From Streptomyces silvisoli (GTDB taxonomy: Bacteria; Actinomycetota; Actinomycetes; Streptomycetales; Streptomycetaceae): DNA of 64,000 nt. This document shows, piece after piece, positions 54,703 through 64,000 of this stretch (positions are counted from its first letter, which is position 1; each line of letters opens with the position of its first letter). The notes under the pieces are model-generated. The model worked only from the letters and a program-made list of their open reading frames with translations. It did not search any database and was not told where the DNA came from. The translations under genes and the position numbers were made by a program. The DNA lies in assembly GCF_029269905.1 (NCBI RefSeq), contig NZ_JARJBC010000022.1, positions 31,671 to 95,670 of the forward strand, given 5' to 3'.

Positions 54703-55275
54703 TCACGCAGTCCTCGCCTCGCCGAGCGCCAAGTCCCGGTACGGCAAGTCCACCGCAGGGCTGTCCAGCAGGTCGAGCTGTGTCTCGACCTGCCCCACCA
54801 GCTCAGTCGCTGCGGCGGCGTCGGTGCTCAGGACCTCGACCTCCACGAACGACCCGACCCCGGCCACGGTGTCGACCGCGACCACGACTTCGCGGTACGC
54901 CGCATGCCGGTAGACCGTGCGGCACTTCTCCACCCGCACGAGTTGCCGCATCCCGACGCACTCCAGCAACTGCTCCGCCGCTGCGGCCTGCCCCGGGCCG
55001 AGGACTACGTTCGTCTCCGGCTTCGAGATCACGTGCGTCGCGCCGTGAGTCTCCTCGTCTGACGGCGGCTTGTACGTCAGCTCTGCGGACTCGCCGCGGC
55101 GCCGCACCCTGAGACACTCGATCGTCTCCAGGTAGTTCACATCGGAGCGCGAGTAATACGTGTCGACCTCCGCCACCGGCGGCCCGGCCTCCCAGCCCAG
55201 ATCGGCCAACAGCCCCGCCAAACGCTCCCCGCCGTCGGGAAGCTGCCGCTTGCGCTCCACCTCGATCAGCTTCAT
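54703..55275 (-). CDS. CYTH-domain protein (class IV adenylate cyclase / triphosphate-tunnel family)
   Basis: MKLIEVERKRQL (ExExK), ETIECLRVRR, ...ELTYK, VEVEVL (beta-barrel acidic ladder). About 190 aa, typical of stand-alone CYTH/CyaB. Confidence 0.7.
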   Translation of the reverse strand: MKLIEVERKRQLPDGGERLAGLLADLGWEAGPPVAEVDTYYSRSDVNYLETIECLRVRRRGESAELTYKPPSDEETHGATHVISKPETNVVLGPGQAAAAEQLLECVGMRQLVRVEKCRTVYRHAAYREVVVAVDTVAGVGSFVEVEVLSTDAAAATELVGQVETQLDLLDSPAVDLPYRDLALGEARTA

Positions 55276-55378
55276 CCGGTCTCTCCGATCAGTTGGTTCG
55301 GTTCACTCCGGCGCCCTGCCCCCGTAGCTCGAATAATGGCCCTGGAAGGCCACAGTGATCGTGCCGGTGGCGCCGCCG

Positions 55379-55515
55379 GTTCCTACCGACGATCAAGTCC
55401 GCCTCGCCCGCCCGCGGGGACCCCTTCTCGTAGGCGCTCTCGCGGTGCAGCAGAATGACCATGTCGGCATCCTGCTCAATGGATCCCGCCTCACACAGGT
55501 CCGACACCATGGGCC
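55379..55515 (-). pseudogene. Fragment of a DnaB-type replicative helicase C-terminal domain
   Basis: [47 protein letters not shown] matches the DnaB motif H4 region (..SDLReSGaIEQDADlv..l.Rde.y......e.li.KnRnG). Nothing recognisable on either side. Confidence 0.4.
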
Positions 55516-56021
55516 GCTTGCCCGCTCGCTGCTCCGGCCCACGGTTCAACTGTGCCAGGGAACTTGGCGCGGATGTCGGCCAGCGTCAGGTTCAGCGACT
55601 CGTCGAGGAACAGCGGCGCCGAACTGATCTTCGGTATCCGATGGACTGTCTATCCGCGCCCAATCGTCATCGTCCATGTGCCCCGAGCGCCTGAGGTGGA
55701 CACCGACCCAAGAAGCCCACCGTGACCAGCGACAGCAAAGGCCGACTGCTGCAGACCGGGGTGCGATCCGTCCCGGCCGCATGCACGACCACACCGCCGA
55801 CCCTTGCGGTCAGGTCCAGACCCTCCGCCCCGGTCCAGCCGGTGAGCTGACGTGCCAACTGCCAGTCACCATGAAGTTGATCGACACCTGCAAACTCGAA
55901 CGGAGCATCAACTCACCCTTCATCAAGGCCACCCCACCTGCGAGAACGAAGTTGGGGTCACGCTCGCCCGGTACTCCATTCGGCGGCGTGTCACGCGCGC
56001 ACTTCACGGCAACGTCGTAGC

Positions 56022-57152
56022 GTGCCGAATATGATGAAATGCCATAGTGCATACCTCGCGTGCATGGCGGCTCTCCTGGGTACGGGGCTCAGCGCCACCC
56101 CGGCCGCCGCCGCTCACCACACCGTCGTGGTGCATCCGGGTGGGTCGATCCAAAAGGCGGTCAACGCCGCCCGCCCCGGCGACACGGTGCTCGTGCTCGC
56201 CGGCACTTTCCACGAAAGCATCACGGTGAAGACGCCCGGCCTCACTCTGCGCGGCGTTGGCCGCCGTACGGTGATCAAGCCGAGTACGAAGAAAGCCGCA
56301 CCGCACCGGAGGAAGGGCTGCCTTGAGAGCGGCGAAGGCATCTGCGTGATCGGGCAGAGGAACTCTCCCGTCCCGAACATCACCATCTCCGACCTGACCG
56401 TGACCGGGTTCTCCCAGGACGGCCTGTGGTCCATGGCGACCGATCACCTCATCGTGCAGCGGGTGACCGCCACTGACAACGGGCGGCGAGGCATCTCCCA
56501 AGAACATTCCACGCGCGGCGTATTCCGGGACAACACCGCCCGCGACAACCGCGATGCCGGCTTGTACCTCGCCAACACAACGAAGTCCAAAGCGGGCGCC
56601 ACGGACACCCACGGCACAGTGATCGAACGAAACCACCTGATGGGAAACCGATCAGGCCTCACTATCCTGCGCCTACGCAACCTCACCATCACGCGCAACT
56701 ACCTCACCGGCAACTGCGCGGGAATGTTCGTCGTCAGTGACGAAAACAAGCCCAAGGCTGGCTCCCTAGCCATCAGCAAGAACATCGTCAGACAAAACAA
56801 CAAGTACTGCGCAAAGATCGCCCGGCTGCCCTTCCTGCAAGGTTCCGGCATCGTCCTAACCGGCGCCGAGAACACCGTGGTGACGGAGAACCTGATTACC
56901 GGCAACTCCGGAAAGTCCCCGCTATCAGGCGGCATCGTCCTGTTCAAGAGCTACGTGGGCGCCAAGAACGAGCGGAACAGGATCAGCGGCAACCAACTGG
57001 CGAACAACAACCCAGCGGATCTGGTAAACCAGGAAGCCGCTAAGAGCAACAACACCTTCCAGGGAAACTCCTGCCAGGCCTCCAAACCCACAGGGCTGTG
57101 CTCATCCAACAGCCACGGATCCACCCGGTTTGGGCATAACAACCGGACCTAG
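56022..57152 (+). CDS. Secreted right-handed parallel beta-helix repeat protein (NosD/pectate-lyase-like)
   Basis: Signal peptide MMKCHSAYLACMAALLGTGLSATPAAAA. Repeated N-x-I/V-xx-N beta-helix rungs (ITISDLTVTG, RNHLMGN, LTITRNYLTGN, VVTENLITGNSG, ISGNQLANN). Confidence 0.7.
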   Translation: MPNMMKCHSAYLACMAALLGTGLSATPAAAAHHTVVVHPGGSIQKAVNAARPGDTVLVLAGTFHESITVKTPGLTLRGVGRRTVIKPSTKKAAPHRRKGCLESGEGICVIGQRNSPVPNITISDLTVTGFSQDGLWSMATDHLIVQRVTATDNGRRGISQEHSTRGVFRDNTARDNRDAGLYLANTTKSKAGATDTHGTVIERNHLMGNRSGLTILRLRNLTITRNYLTGNCAGMFVVSDENKPKAGSLAISKNIVRQNNKYCAKIARLPFLQGSGIVLTGAENTVVTENLITGNSGKSPLSGGIVLFKSYVGAKNERNRISGNQLANNNPADLVNQEAAKSNNTFQGNSCQASKPTGLCSSNSHGSTRFGHNNRT

Positions 57153-57525
57153 CGTGACCGCTCCTACGGCCACCCCCGCGCTCGCCCGTCAGTCAGCCAG
57201 CCAGCCCGCCAATCCAGGATCCTGCCGCACGCCTTCCGAGGGGCCGATCGTGCCAGCGGACGCCGGCCGACTTTGCAAGGTATGCCCGGCGGCAGCCTCG
57301 GCCGGACAACGACGCCGCCGGGTCGGCCGCCGGCCCTACTGCCCCGCGTTCGCACGCCGGGGCTCGGGCCCGACGAAGTCGCGCGCTCCAGATTCGCACC
57401 GATCTTGCGCAGCTTGGGACGGGGTCGGCGGACGCGCGCACGGGCGGCGGACCCCAACGCCGTGTCGGAGTACGCCGCCCTTGGGCGGGCCGAGTTGCGG
57501 GAGGTAGCCCGCGCGGCCGTCTCGG

Positions 57526-58293
57526 CTACTTCGGATCGCGGTTGAAAACCGCCTTCGACCAGAAGTAGCCGAGCACGGAGAGAGCCAGGCACCAGGCGAC
57601 CGCGAGCCACCCGTTGTTGCCGATCTCGCTACCCAGCAGCAGGCCGCGCAGAGTCTCGATGGCAGGCGTGAACGGCTGGTACTGGGCGATCGGTTGGAAC
57701 CAGCCCGGCATCGCGTGGATCGGGACGAAGGCGCTTGAGATGAGCGGTAGGACGATCAGCGGCATCGCGTTGTTGCTGGCCGCCTCGGCGTTCGGGCTGA
57801 CCATGCCCATTCCGACCGCGATCCAGGTGAGCGCCAGGGCGACCAGTGCGAGCAGCCCGAACGCCGCCAGCCAGTCCAGGGCCGTGGCATGCGTGGGCCG
57901 GAAGCCGATGGCCACGGCGACGGCGCCCACGAGGACCACGCTGGCGACCGACTGCATCACGCTGCCGACGACATGCCCGATGAGCACCGAGCCGCGGTGA
58001 ATCGCCATCGTGCGGAAGCGGGCGATGATGCCCTCGGTCATGTCGTTGGAGACGGACACCGCGGTCCCGACCACGGTGCCTCCGATGGTCATCATCAGGA
58101 TGCCCGGCACGACGTAGGCGATGTACGCGGAACGGTCGGTGCCACCGCCCATGCCCGCGCTCATCACGTCACCGAAGATGTAGACGAAGAGCAACAGCAG
58201 GACGATCGGCGTCAGCAGCAGGTTCAGGGTGAGGGACGGGTAGCGCCGCGCGTGCAGGAGGTTGCGGCGCAGCATCGTGGACGAGTCGCGCAC
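57526..58293 (-). CDS. ABC-2 type transporter permease (DrrB-like)
   Basis: Six TM segments. The layout sits immediately 3' of the DrrA-like ATPase with a 20-bp gap. Confidence 0.8.
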   Translation of the reverse strand: MRDSSTMLRRNLLHARRYPSLTLNLLLTPIVLLLLFVYIFGDVMSAGMGGGTDRSAYIAYVVPGILMMTIGGTVVGTAVSVSNDMTEGIIARFRTMAIHRGSVLIGHVVGSVMQSVASVVLVGAVAVAIGFRPTHATALDWLAAFGLLALVALALTWIAVGMGMVSPNAEAASNNAMPLIVLPLISSAFVPIHAMPGWFQPIAQYQPFTPAIETLRGLLLGSEIGNNGWLAVAWCLALSVLGYFWSKAVFNRDPK

Positions 58294-58312
58294 GGCGAGA
58301 GAGAGAGGGAGC

Positions 58313-59305
58313 TCATCGGACAGCCTCCTTGGGCTGGTCGGTGCCGCCGGTCAGGGCGAAGAACACGTCGTCGAGGTCGGGGGTGTGCACGGTCAGCTCG
58401 TCCGCCTCGATGCCGGCGGAGTCCAGCCAGGCGAGGATGGAGCGCAGCTCGCGCTGGCTGCCGTCACTGGGGATCTGCAGCGCCAGCGCCTCGTCGTCCC
58501 GGGTGCCCTCGCGCAGCGCGACAGCGGCGCTCTGATAGGCGGACGGGTCGGAGAAGCGGAGCCGGACGTGCCCGCCGGGGATCAGCCGCTTCAGCTCCTC
58601 GGCGGTGCCCTCGGCTGCGATCTTGCCATCGTTGAGCACGGCGATACGGTCGGCGAGCTGGTCCGCCTCTTCCAGGTACTGCGTGGTGAGGAAGACGGTG
58701 ACGCCGTTGGAGACCAGCTCGCGGATGATCTGCCACATGTTGTGGCGGCTGCGCGGGTCAAGCCCGGTGGTGGGCTCGTCGAGGAAGATGATCCGCGGAT
58801 TGCCGACCAGCGTCATGGCGATGTCGAGGCGGCGCTTCATTCCTCCGGAGTAACTCTGGGCGGGCTTCTTCGCCGCCTCCACCAGGTCGAAGCGCTCCAG
58901 CAGTTCGACTGCGGTGCGGCGACCCTCGCGCTTGGACAGGTGGTGCAGGTCCGCCATGAGGAGCATGTTCTCCTCGCCGGTGATCAGCCCGTCGACAGCT
59001 GAGAACTGCCCGGTGACGCCGATCGCGGCACGCACCCCGTCCGGCGACGTGGCCACGTCGTGGCCCGCCACCTGGGCCTGGCCGCCGTCGGCGGTGATGA
59101 GCGTGGACAGGATCTTCACGGCGGTGGTCTTGCCGGCGCCGTTGGGCCCGAGCAGCGCGAACACGGACCCGGACGGGATCTGCAGATCGATGCCGTCGAG
59201 GACGGTCTTGTCGCCGTACGACTTGCGCAGACCGACAGTGGAGACGGCGGTCGGCGACGGGTGACCGTCGCCCTGCCTAGGCATGGGCATGGCAGGAGAA
59301 GGCAT
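58313..59305 (-). CDS. ABC transporter ATP-binding protein (DrrA/daunorubicin-type exporter ATPase)
   Basis: LLGPNGAGKTT (Walker A), QFSAVDGL (Q-loop), YSGGMKRRLDIAMTL (signature), IIFLDEPTTGLD (Walker B), then the C-terminal DrrA-type extension. Confidence 0.85.
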   Translation of the reverse strand: MPSPAMPMPRQGDGHPSPTAVSTVGLRKSYGDKTVLDGIDLQIPSGSVFALLGPNGAGKTTAVKILSTLITADGGQAQVAGHDVATSPDGVRAAIGVTGQFSAVDGLITGEENMLLMADLHHLSKREGRRTAVELLERFDLVEAAKKPAQSYSGGMKRRLDIAMTLVGNPRIIFLDEPTTGLDPRSRHNMWQIIRELVSNGVTVFLTTQYLEEADQLADRIAVLNDGKIAAEGTAEELKRLIPGGHVRLRFSDPSAYQSAAVALREGTRDDEALALQIPSDGSQRELRSILAWLDSAGIEADELTVHTPDLDDVFFALTGGTDQPKEAVR

Positions 59306-59365
59306 GGGGCCCTCCGTTCGAAGGCTGAAGTAGTGGGAGGCGCGGCCGGGTTGAGGATGTGGCGC

Positions 59366-60214
59366 TCAGGCCTTGGCACGGCGCACGTCGATGTTTCCGT
59401 GCCGGGTGCGGGCGTGGATCTTGACGGTCTCCTCGGCCTGCTCCGGGGTCTCGGAGGCGGTGAGCATGTTGCGCACCTGGCCGGAACCCGAGCTGACGTC
59501 GAGCCAGGCAGCCGTGCCTTCGCGGACGCCGACCTCGATGGCGCCGTAGGAGGTCTCCAACTGGACGGTGCCACGGGCCACTTCGCCCACGCGCAGGGTG
59601 CCGTGGGCGGTGGTGGCGGCGACAGAGCCTTCGGCGCGCCGGATCTCGATGTCGCCGTTGGCCCCGCTCACCCGCAGTTCGCCGGTCGCGGCGCCGACGG
59701 TCGTGGTGCCGTGCGAGTTCTTCAGGACGGCGGGACCGTCGGCAGTGCCGACGCGCAGGCTGCCGGAGCTGGTGGTGATCTCGGCCATGCCCTCGATCCG
59801 GTCGACGGTGATCGAGCCGTGGGAGGCGGTCAGCTGCAGCGGCTCGGTGGTGTCGAGGCGGACGTCGCCGGACGAGGTCTTCACGCGGACCTCGCCGAGC
59901 CGGCCCTCGCCGAGCACCTGGACCCAGGCGCCGGTCATGTCGATGCGCGAACGCGTGGGCAGTTCGACCGTCACATCGACGGTGCCAGTGCGGCCGAGGC
60001 CGAACAGATTGGGCTTGGGCGTCCTGACAGTCAGGACCCCGCTCGCGTACGTGACCTCGGTCTGGTCGGCCGTCCGCACGTCCTGGTCCTTCTTCGGGTC
60101 GCGGGGCCGCACCTCGACGACGGTGTCGAGGCGGTCGCCTGCGGTGAACTGGATGGAACCGGCCTCCACGTGCGCCGTGGCCGAGATCGGTTCGGGAGTG
60201 TCGAAAGAAGGCAT
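59366..60214 (-). CDS. DUF4097-family beta-strand repeat protein (LiaG/YvlB-like)
   Basis: Repetitive G-x-I/V-x-V beta-hairpin units (SGDVRLDT, HGSITVDR, SGSLRVGT, HGTTTVGA, NGDIEIRR, HGTLRVGE, YGAIEVGV, HGNIDVRR). Start at Met71 (60214) of ORF 59366..60424. Confidence 0.7.
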   Translation of the reverse strand: MPSFDTPEPISATAHVEAGSIQFTAGDRLDTVVEVRPRDPKKDQDVRTADQTEVTYASGVLTVRTPKPNLFGLGRTGTVDVTVELPTRSRIDMTGAWVQVLGEGRLGEVRVKTSSGDVRLDTTEPLQLTASHGSITVDRIEGMAEITTSSGSLRVGTADGPAVLKNSHGTTTVGAATGELRVSGANGDIEIRRAEGSVAATTAHGTLRVGEVARGTVQLETSYGAIEVGVREGTAAWLDVSSGSGQVRNMLTASETPEQAEETVKIHARTRHGNIDVRRAKA

Positions 60215-60296
60215 GGCTGTCCCGTCCTCATGGGTCTCGTGGTCGTCCCCGCTGGCGGGGACGTGGGTGGGTGAAGGGGTGTGGGCGCGGACGCGG

Positions 60297-60815
60297 CTAG
60301 CGCACCCAACCCGTGAAGCTCTGTCCGATGGCCTGTGTCTTCTCCGTCGTACGCGGCCGGGTGCCGCCGTCGACCGCGGCCGACACGGCGCGCACCAACC
60401 ACGCGTTGACCGACAGGCCCTCACAGCTCGCGGCCTCTTCGGCGCGGGCCTTGAGGTGTGCCGGCAGACGCAGGTTGACGCGGGCGGTGCCGCCCTCGTC
60501 GCCGTCGGCCAGGGCCGTGGCCTTGAACGGTTCGACGGGCGCGGCCGCCTCCGCGGGGGCGCCGCCGCCGGTGGGCGGCAGCGTCACCACGAAGTCGGGG
60601 TCCAGCCCGCGCAGCCGTAGGTCGACCGAGCCTGGGGCGAGCTCGCGGGTGATCTCGTCCATCGCGGCGGAGAGCACATTGAGCATGGTCAGACGGGTCG
60701 CCGACTCCAGAGGAGCGGTGAGCCGCTCGGACAGCTCGCGGGCATCTTCCCCGCCAGCTTCGGCGGCCGCCGCCAACACGCGGCGGAGGGTGTCGACGTA
60801 TGGCGTGAGGTCCAT
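60297..60815 (-). CDS. Hypothetical protein with a C-terminal ribbon-helix-helix-like (HicB/CopG-type) segment
   Basis: ...ARVNLRLPAHLKARAEEAASCEGLSVNAWLVRAVSAAV has the RHH pattern (b-strand RxNLRLP, then two helices). Sits upstream of the DUF4097 gene. Confidence 0.5.
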   Translation of the reverse strand: MDLTPYVDTLRRVLAAAAEAGGEDARELSERLTAPLESATRLTMLNVLSAAMDEITRELAPGSVDLRLRGLDPDFVVTLPPTGGGAPAEAAAPVEPFKATALADGDEGGTARVNLRLPAHLKARAEEAASCEGLSVNAWLVRAVSAAVDGGTRPRTTEKTQAIGQSFTGWVR

Positions 60816-61050
60816 GACGTCATCATGGCATCACAATGGCGCCACGCGCAAGCACGAGTGGCGCCTGGCGGGGGGAGCTTGAAGACGGTGGCCCCACCTG
60901 GGGAAAGGGGAAGAGGGCCAGCCGCGCCCCCGTGGCGCCATGTGCGCCTTTTTGCCTTTCGGGAGCCGGAATGGCGTCACATGGTCACCGGTGGCACCAC
61001 CTGGCTCCATCTGGTGTCATACGACGCCATGGGGTGCCGCAAGAAGGCCT

Positions 61051-61129
61051 CTCGATGAGCTGATCCGCATCGCCAGCAGCCGGTGGGCGATCGAAGAGTC
61101 CTTCCAGACCGCCAAGCAGGACGAGTTCC
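61051..61129 (+). mobile_element. Tiny IS4-family transposase C-terminal remnant
   Basis: LDELIRIASSRWAIEESFQTAKQDEF matches the conserved ..SRWAIEE.FQ.AK.E.GLDHYEVR tail of Streptomyces IS4/ISL3-like transposases. Only about 26 codons survive. Confidence 0.4.
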
Positions 61130-61965
61130 CGGCAATCGTCGAGCACTCCGCAGAGCCGAGCGTTGACGGCGCGGCGCTCGGCCCAGGTGCGGGCGCGGGC
61201 GATGTCGCCGGACCCTACGCCGTCGGTGACGGGGTCGGCGTCCCGTCGTTCGCCGTGCGGGTGCTTGATGCGGTGGGCGATGCTGATGTGCGCGTGCCGA
61301 CCCTCGCCGATCGTGGCGTAGGTGGTGGGTTGACGCTCAGCCAGGTGGCAAGGTGAAAGGCGGCCGCGTCAATGCAGGCCCGGACTCCGCTGCGTAGCAC
61401 CACAGTTGCCGTTTTCGACTTTCGACGCGTTGCCTCTCACCACCGTCTGCTGGTCCGCACTGAGTGAAAGGGAGACCGACCTGCGCACGCAAGCCCAGCC
61501 TGATGGCTACCTGTAGCCGCCAGCCGCGGGCAACGGTGTTGAACGCCTGGTCGGTGAACGGCAGCGCGCGGCCGGTGGTGTGTCCACCCGCTTGAAGTCG
61601 CTGAGGGCGTAGACGAGTTCGGCGCCGCTCTTTCCGACGTCCAGCAGCGCTGTGAGCGCGTCTCATCGGCCAGCCTTGGCCGATGAGCACCGCGCCCAGT
61701 CCGGCCGACAGTCGACGAACCCGCCCGCGCACGTCGGCCGCCTGCGCGGCCACGGCCGGGAGTGCGAGAAGCGCCGGAGTGGCCACTGGGTTGTACGCCC
61801 GGCCGCGCCTGGAGGTGGAGAGAATCTCCACCCCCAGATACTGTCCTCGCCGCACGACGCCGCTGCTCACCGCCAATAGCTTTATCCACAACACGAAAGA
61901 CATCGAATCCGCAGCACCGAGTAATCCGGATTCGCACCAACGTCGAGTGGAAGGACCGAATTCCG

Positions 61966-62574
61966 ATGAGCTACGTGCGCGGCTTCGCCCCCTGGATCGT
62001 CTACGCCCTCCTCTCCGCCATCGGCTGGCAGTGGGGCGCCCTCGCCGCCCTCGTTGTCGCCGTCGTCTCCCTGATCGCCGACCGCCGCAAGGGCGTCGCC
62101 CTCGACGCGCAGATCCTCGACTTCGGCTCGCTCGCCTACTTCGCCGGCCTGACCGCCTTCTCCTTCGCCGACACCAGTTCGCCCATCCAGCACTTCGACG
62201 GCCCGCTGGCCTCCGCGTGGCTGGCCCTGATCGCCGTCATCAGCCTGCTCGTCCGCCGACCCTTCACCCAGGGCATCGCCCGTCGCAAGGTCAGCGTCGA
62301 ACTCGCGGCCGACCCGCGGTTCGTGCACACCAACATGGTCATCACCAGCATCTGGACCACCGCCTTCGCGGCCAGCGCCATGGTGGGCATCGCCGCCGAC
62401 ATCCTCAACACCGGCACCATGGTCGACATCGCCCGTCAGGTCCTCGGCCTTGCCATCCCGATGTACTTCACCCACCGCTACGTGACCCGGATCCGCGCCC
62501 GCAAGGCCGCCGCCGAACACACCGCCCTGGCTACAGCCCCCAACGCTCAACTCCCCACCGCGGTCAACGCCTGA
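61966..62574 (+). CDS. Integral membrane protein, hypothetical (about 202 aa, 5-6 TMs)
   Basis: SD gaagga before ATG 61966 (Met69 of ORF 61762..62574). Hydrophobic segments FAPWIVYALLSAIGW, ALAALVVAVVSLIA, SLAYFAGLTAFSFA, SAWLALIAVISLLV, MVITSIWTTAFAASAMVGIAA. Confidence 0.6.
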   Translation: MSYVRGFAPWIVYALLSAIGWQWGALAALVVAVVSLIADRRKGVALDAQILDFGSLAYFAGLTAFSFADTSSPIQHFDGPLASAWLALIAVISLLVRRPFTQGIARRKVSVELAADPRFVHTNMVITSIWTTAFAASAMVGIAADILNTGTMVDIARQVLGLAIPMYFTHRYVTRIRARKAAAEHTALATAPNAQLPTAVNA

Positions 62575-62849
62575 CCCACCACCACCCTCGCCCCACCCCA
62601 TCCCACGACGCCCGGACCGACACCGTCGGCCCGGGCGTCGTGGTGACGAGCCGCGGTGGGGCCGCTCGACGTGCTGAGCGCCGGGGGGCAAGCCCCGCTC
62701 TCGGCAGTGTGCCGGTCCATGGGGCGGCGGTCAGTGCTTCATCGTGCCAGTTGAGGGTGACGGACCGTTTGCTTCTGCCTGCTACTCCCTGGTTTCCGTG
62801 CTCTGCCGCCCCTTCGACCAGCTTCCGGGGCGACTACGCCAGTCCGGGG

Positions 62850-63419
62850 TCAAGATCGCAGGGTGCGCAGTGAGCCGGGCGTGCGGCCGCCCAGAGCCAC
62901 TGCTGTACGCACCAGGTGCGCTTGGTCGGCGAACCCGGTTCGTGCGGCGATGTCGGCGGCCGGGTGGAACGGGATCTGCAGCACGGCCTCACGGAGCCGG
63001 TGCCAACGGCGCAGCATGGTCAGCGAGCCTGCGAGCTGCTGAACGGACAGCTGGCGCAGTCGTCGTGCTGATATGCCGACCGCACCCGCCAAGTCGTCGA
63101 TGTCGGCATCGGCGTCCAGGAGGTCCAGCACTTGTCGCAGTCGCGGGTCGAGTGGCGGCGCGTCCCCGAGCGTTTCGCGCACCGCCCCGCGCAGTCTGGG
63201 CGGATCCAACTCTCCACGTGCTGCCGCCTGGAGTCGGCGAACCTGGACGTGCTCCATGGCGTGGACGCGCGCCTGCTTGGCGGTATCGATCCGGTGCGGG
63301 TCTACCCACAGCGAGGTGAACCCGGCAGGGCAGTGGTGATGGCGCGGGGCAACGGTGGGCCGAACGGCATCGCTTCCTCGACTCCGGCACCGGTGCCGTG
63401 CAATCCAGCCGCTCGGCAT
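62850..63419 (-). CDS. AraC-family regulator (short; essentially the HTH output domain)
   Basis: IDDLAGAVGISARRLRQLSVQQLAGSLTMLRRWHRLREAVLQI...AADIAARTGFADQAHLVRTAVALGGRTPGSLR are the two AraC HTHs. No ligand domain, so possibly truncated. The start could be Met55 (63257). Confidence 0.55.
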   Translation of the reverse strand: MPSGWIARHRCRSRGSDAVRPTVAPRHHHCPAGFTSLWVDPHRIDTAKQARVHAMEHVQVRRLQAAARGELDPPRLRGAVRETLGDAPPLDPRLRQVLDLLDADADIDDLAGAVGISARRLRQLSVQQLAGSLTMLRRWHRLREAVLQIPFHPAADIAARTGFADQAHLVRTAVALGGRTPGSLRTLRS

Positions 63420-63624
63420 CGGCCGTCCTCTTCACGGCATGCGGGCCCACGGCTCAAAGACGAGGCGGTTCTTTGGCCTCTCGGACCGAGAGGTGCGGCA
63501 AGGGGCGAGGTTCACTCGAATCCGTGGCCGACGGAGGTCGGTCACGTGGATGGGGCCGCCGAGCGATTGCCTGCCGCATTGCCCATGGCCTCCGTGAGCG
63601 ACATGCGAGGCGATTGTGGACGAC

Positions 63625-64000
63625 ATGGTTGGAACGTGGGTCCTGGAGGATTTCACGGTTGAACGCGGAGGAGTGACCTCCCACCCGTTCGGGGAACGGC
63701 CTGGCGGGATGCTTTCGTACACCGCAAGCGGTTGGATGAGCGCCCTGCTGACCACCGATCCCACCCGGAATGTGAGTGCTTCCGAAGCGCCGGAAGCTGC
63801 CGACGGGACCGTGGCGTACGCCGGTCGCTGGGAGCGCGCGGCGGACGGGGCGGTGCTCCATCACGTCATGTACAGCCACTACGCGCCATGGCTGGGGACG
63901 ACCCTGGAACGCCGTGTGCGTCTTCTCCCGGAAGGTCTGGAGCTGACGGCCACTTCACCGGGCGGTTCCAAGTCGATACTGCGCTGGCGTCGGCGTGTGA
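63625..64000 (+). CDS. Lipocalin-like domain protein (5'-partial view; continues past window end)
   Basis: MVGTWVLEDFTVERGGVTSHPFGERPGGMLSYTASGWMSALLTT...VAYAGRWER...VLHHVMYSHYAPWLGTTLERRVRLLPEGLELT is the GTW-L-xF family pattern. No stop before 64000. Confidence 0.5.
   Translation, partial: MVGTWVLEDFTVERGGVTSHPFGERPGGMLSYTASGWMSALLTTDPTRNVSASEAPEAADGTVAYAGRWERAADGAVLHHVMYSHYAPWLGTTLERRVRLLPEGLELTATSPGGSKSILRWRRRV

Noticed and set aside
1-64000. tRNA, rRNA and riboswitches
   Set aside because: Scanned for GTTCGAATC-type T-arms, rRNA-like conserved tracts and common riboswitch cores in long leaders (22384-23271, 37533-38026, 44570-45263). Nothing convincing seen by eye. A cmscan is still needed.

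Overview
This 64 kb window is high-GC actinomycete DNA (GC3 codon bias, Streptomyces-type gene families) with the character of a chromosome-arm or subtelomeric accessory region. All calls are made by eye from the translations with no database access.

Stress-related content:
- A ten-gene minus-strand gas-vesicle operon at 3626..9418. Its predicted order is hypothetical membrane protein, SRPBCC acidic-tail protein, then gvpA-F-G, a GvpO-like gene, and gvpJ-L-S-K. Most genes are coupled by ATGA or GTGA overlaps.
- A divergent CsbD-like stress gene next to the gvp operon.
- A pspA-pspAA-htpX operon coupled by two ATGA overlaps, divergent from an nfeD-like/flotillin pair, plus a second NfeD-SPFH fusion paralogue further on.
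- A bacterioferritin-like gene and two CYTH-domain proteins, one of them fused to a CHAD domain.

Telomere and signalling content:
- A tap-tpg-like pair at 34787..37532, which is the telomere terminal-protein system of linear Streptomyces replicons.
- A conservon-like GTPase cluster with three roadblock/LC7 genes and a DUF742-like gene, but no sensor kinase.

Other intact genes:
- A macrolide glycosyltransferase and a Vat streptogramin-A acetyltransferase side by side (a small MLS-resistance pair).
- A TetR/MFS/MBL-hydrolase module and a MarR/alpha-beta-hydrolase/amidase module with an 11-3-11 palindromic operator.
- A 1525-aa P-type ATPase with a roughly 750-aa N-terminal extension, like CtpH/CtpI.
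- An Na+/H+ antiporter, an SGNH hydrolase, and an MmyB-like regulator divergent from an SDR.
- A DrrAB-type ABC exporter with DUF4097 and RHH partners, several secreted proteins, an ECF sigma factor (partial) and an FAD monooxygenase.

Gene decay is extensive. There are fragments of IS1380, IS701-like and IS4-like transposases, and remnants of PucR, SpoIIE, LuxR-type response-regulator and DnaB genes. No tRNA, rRNA or CRISPR array was seen. Long antisense ORFs in the six-frame track are high-GC artefacts.
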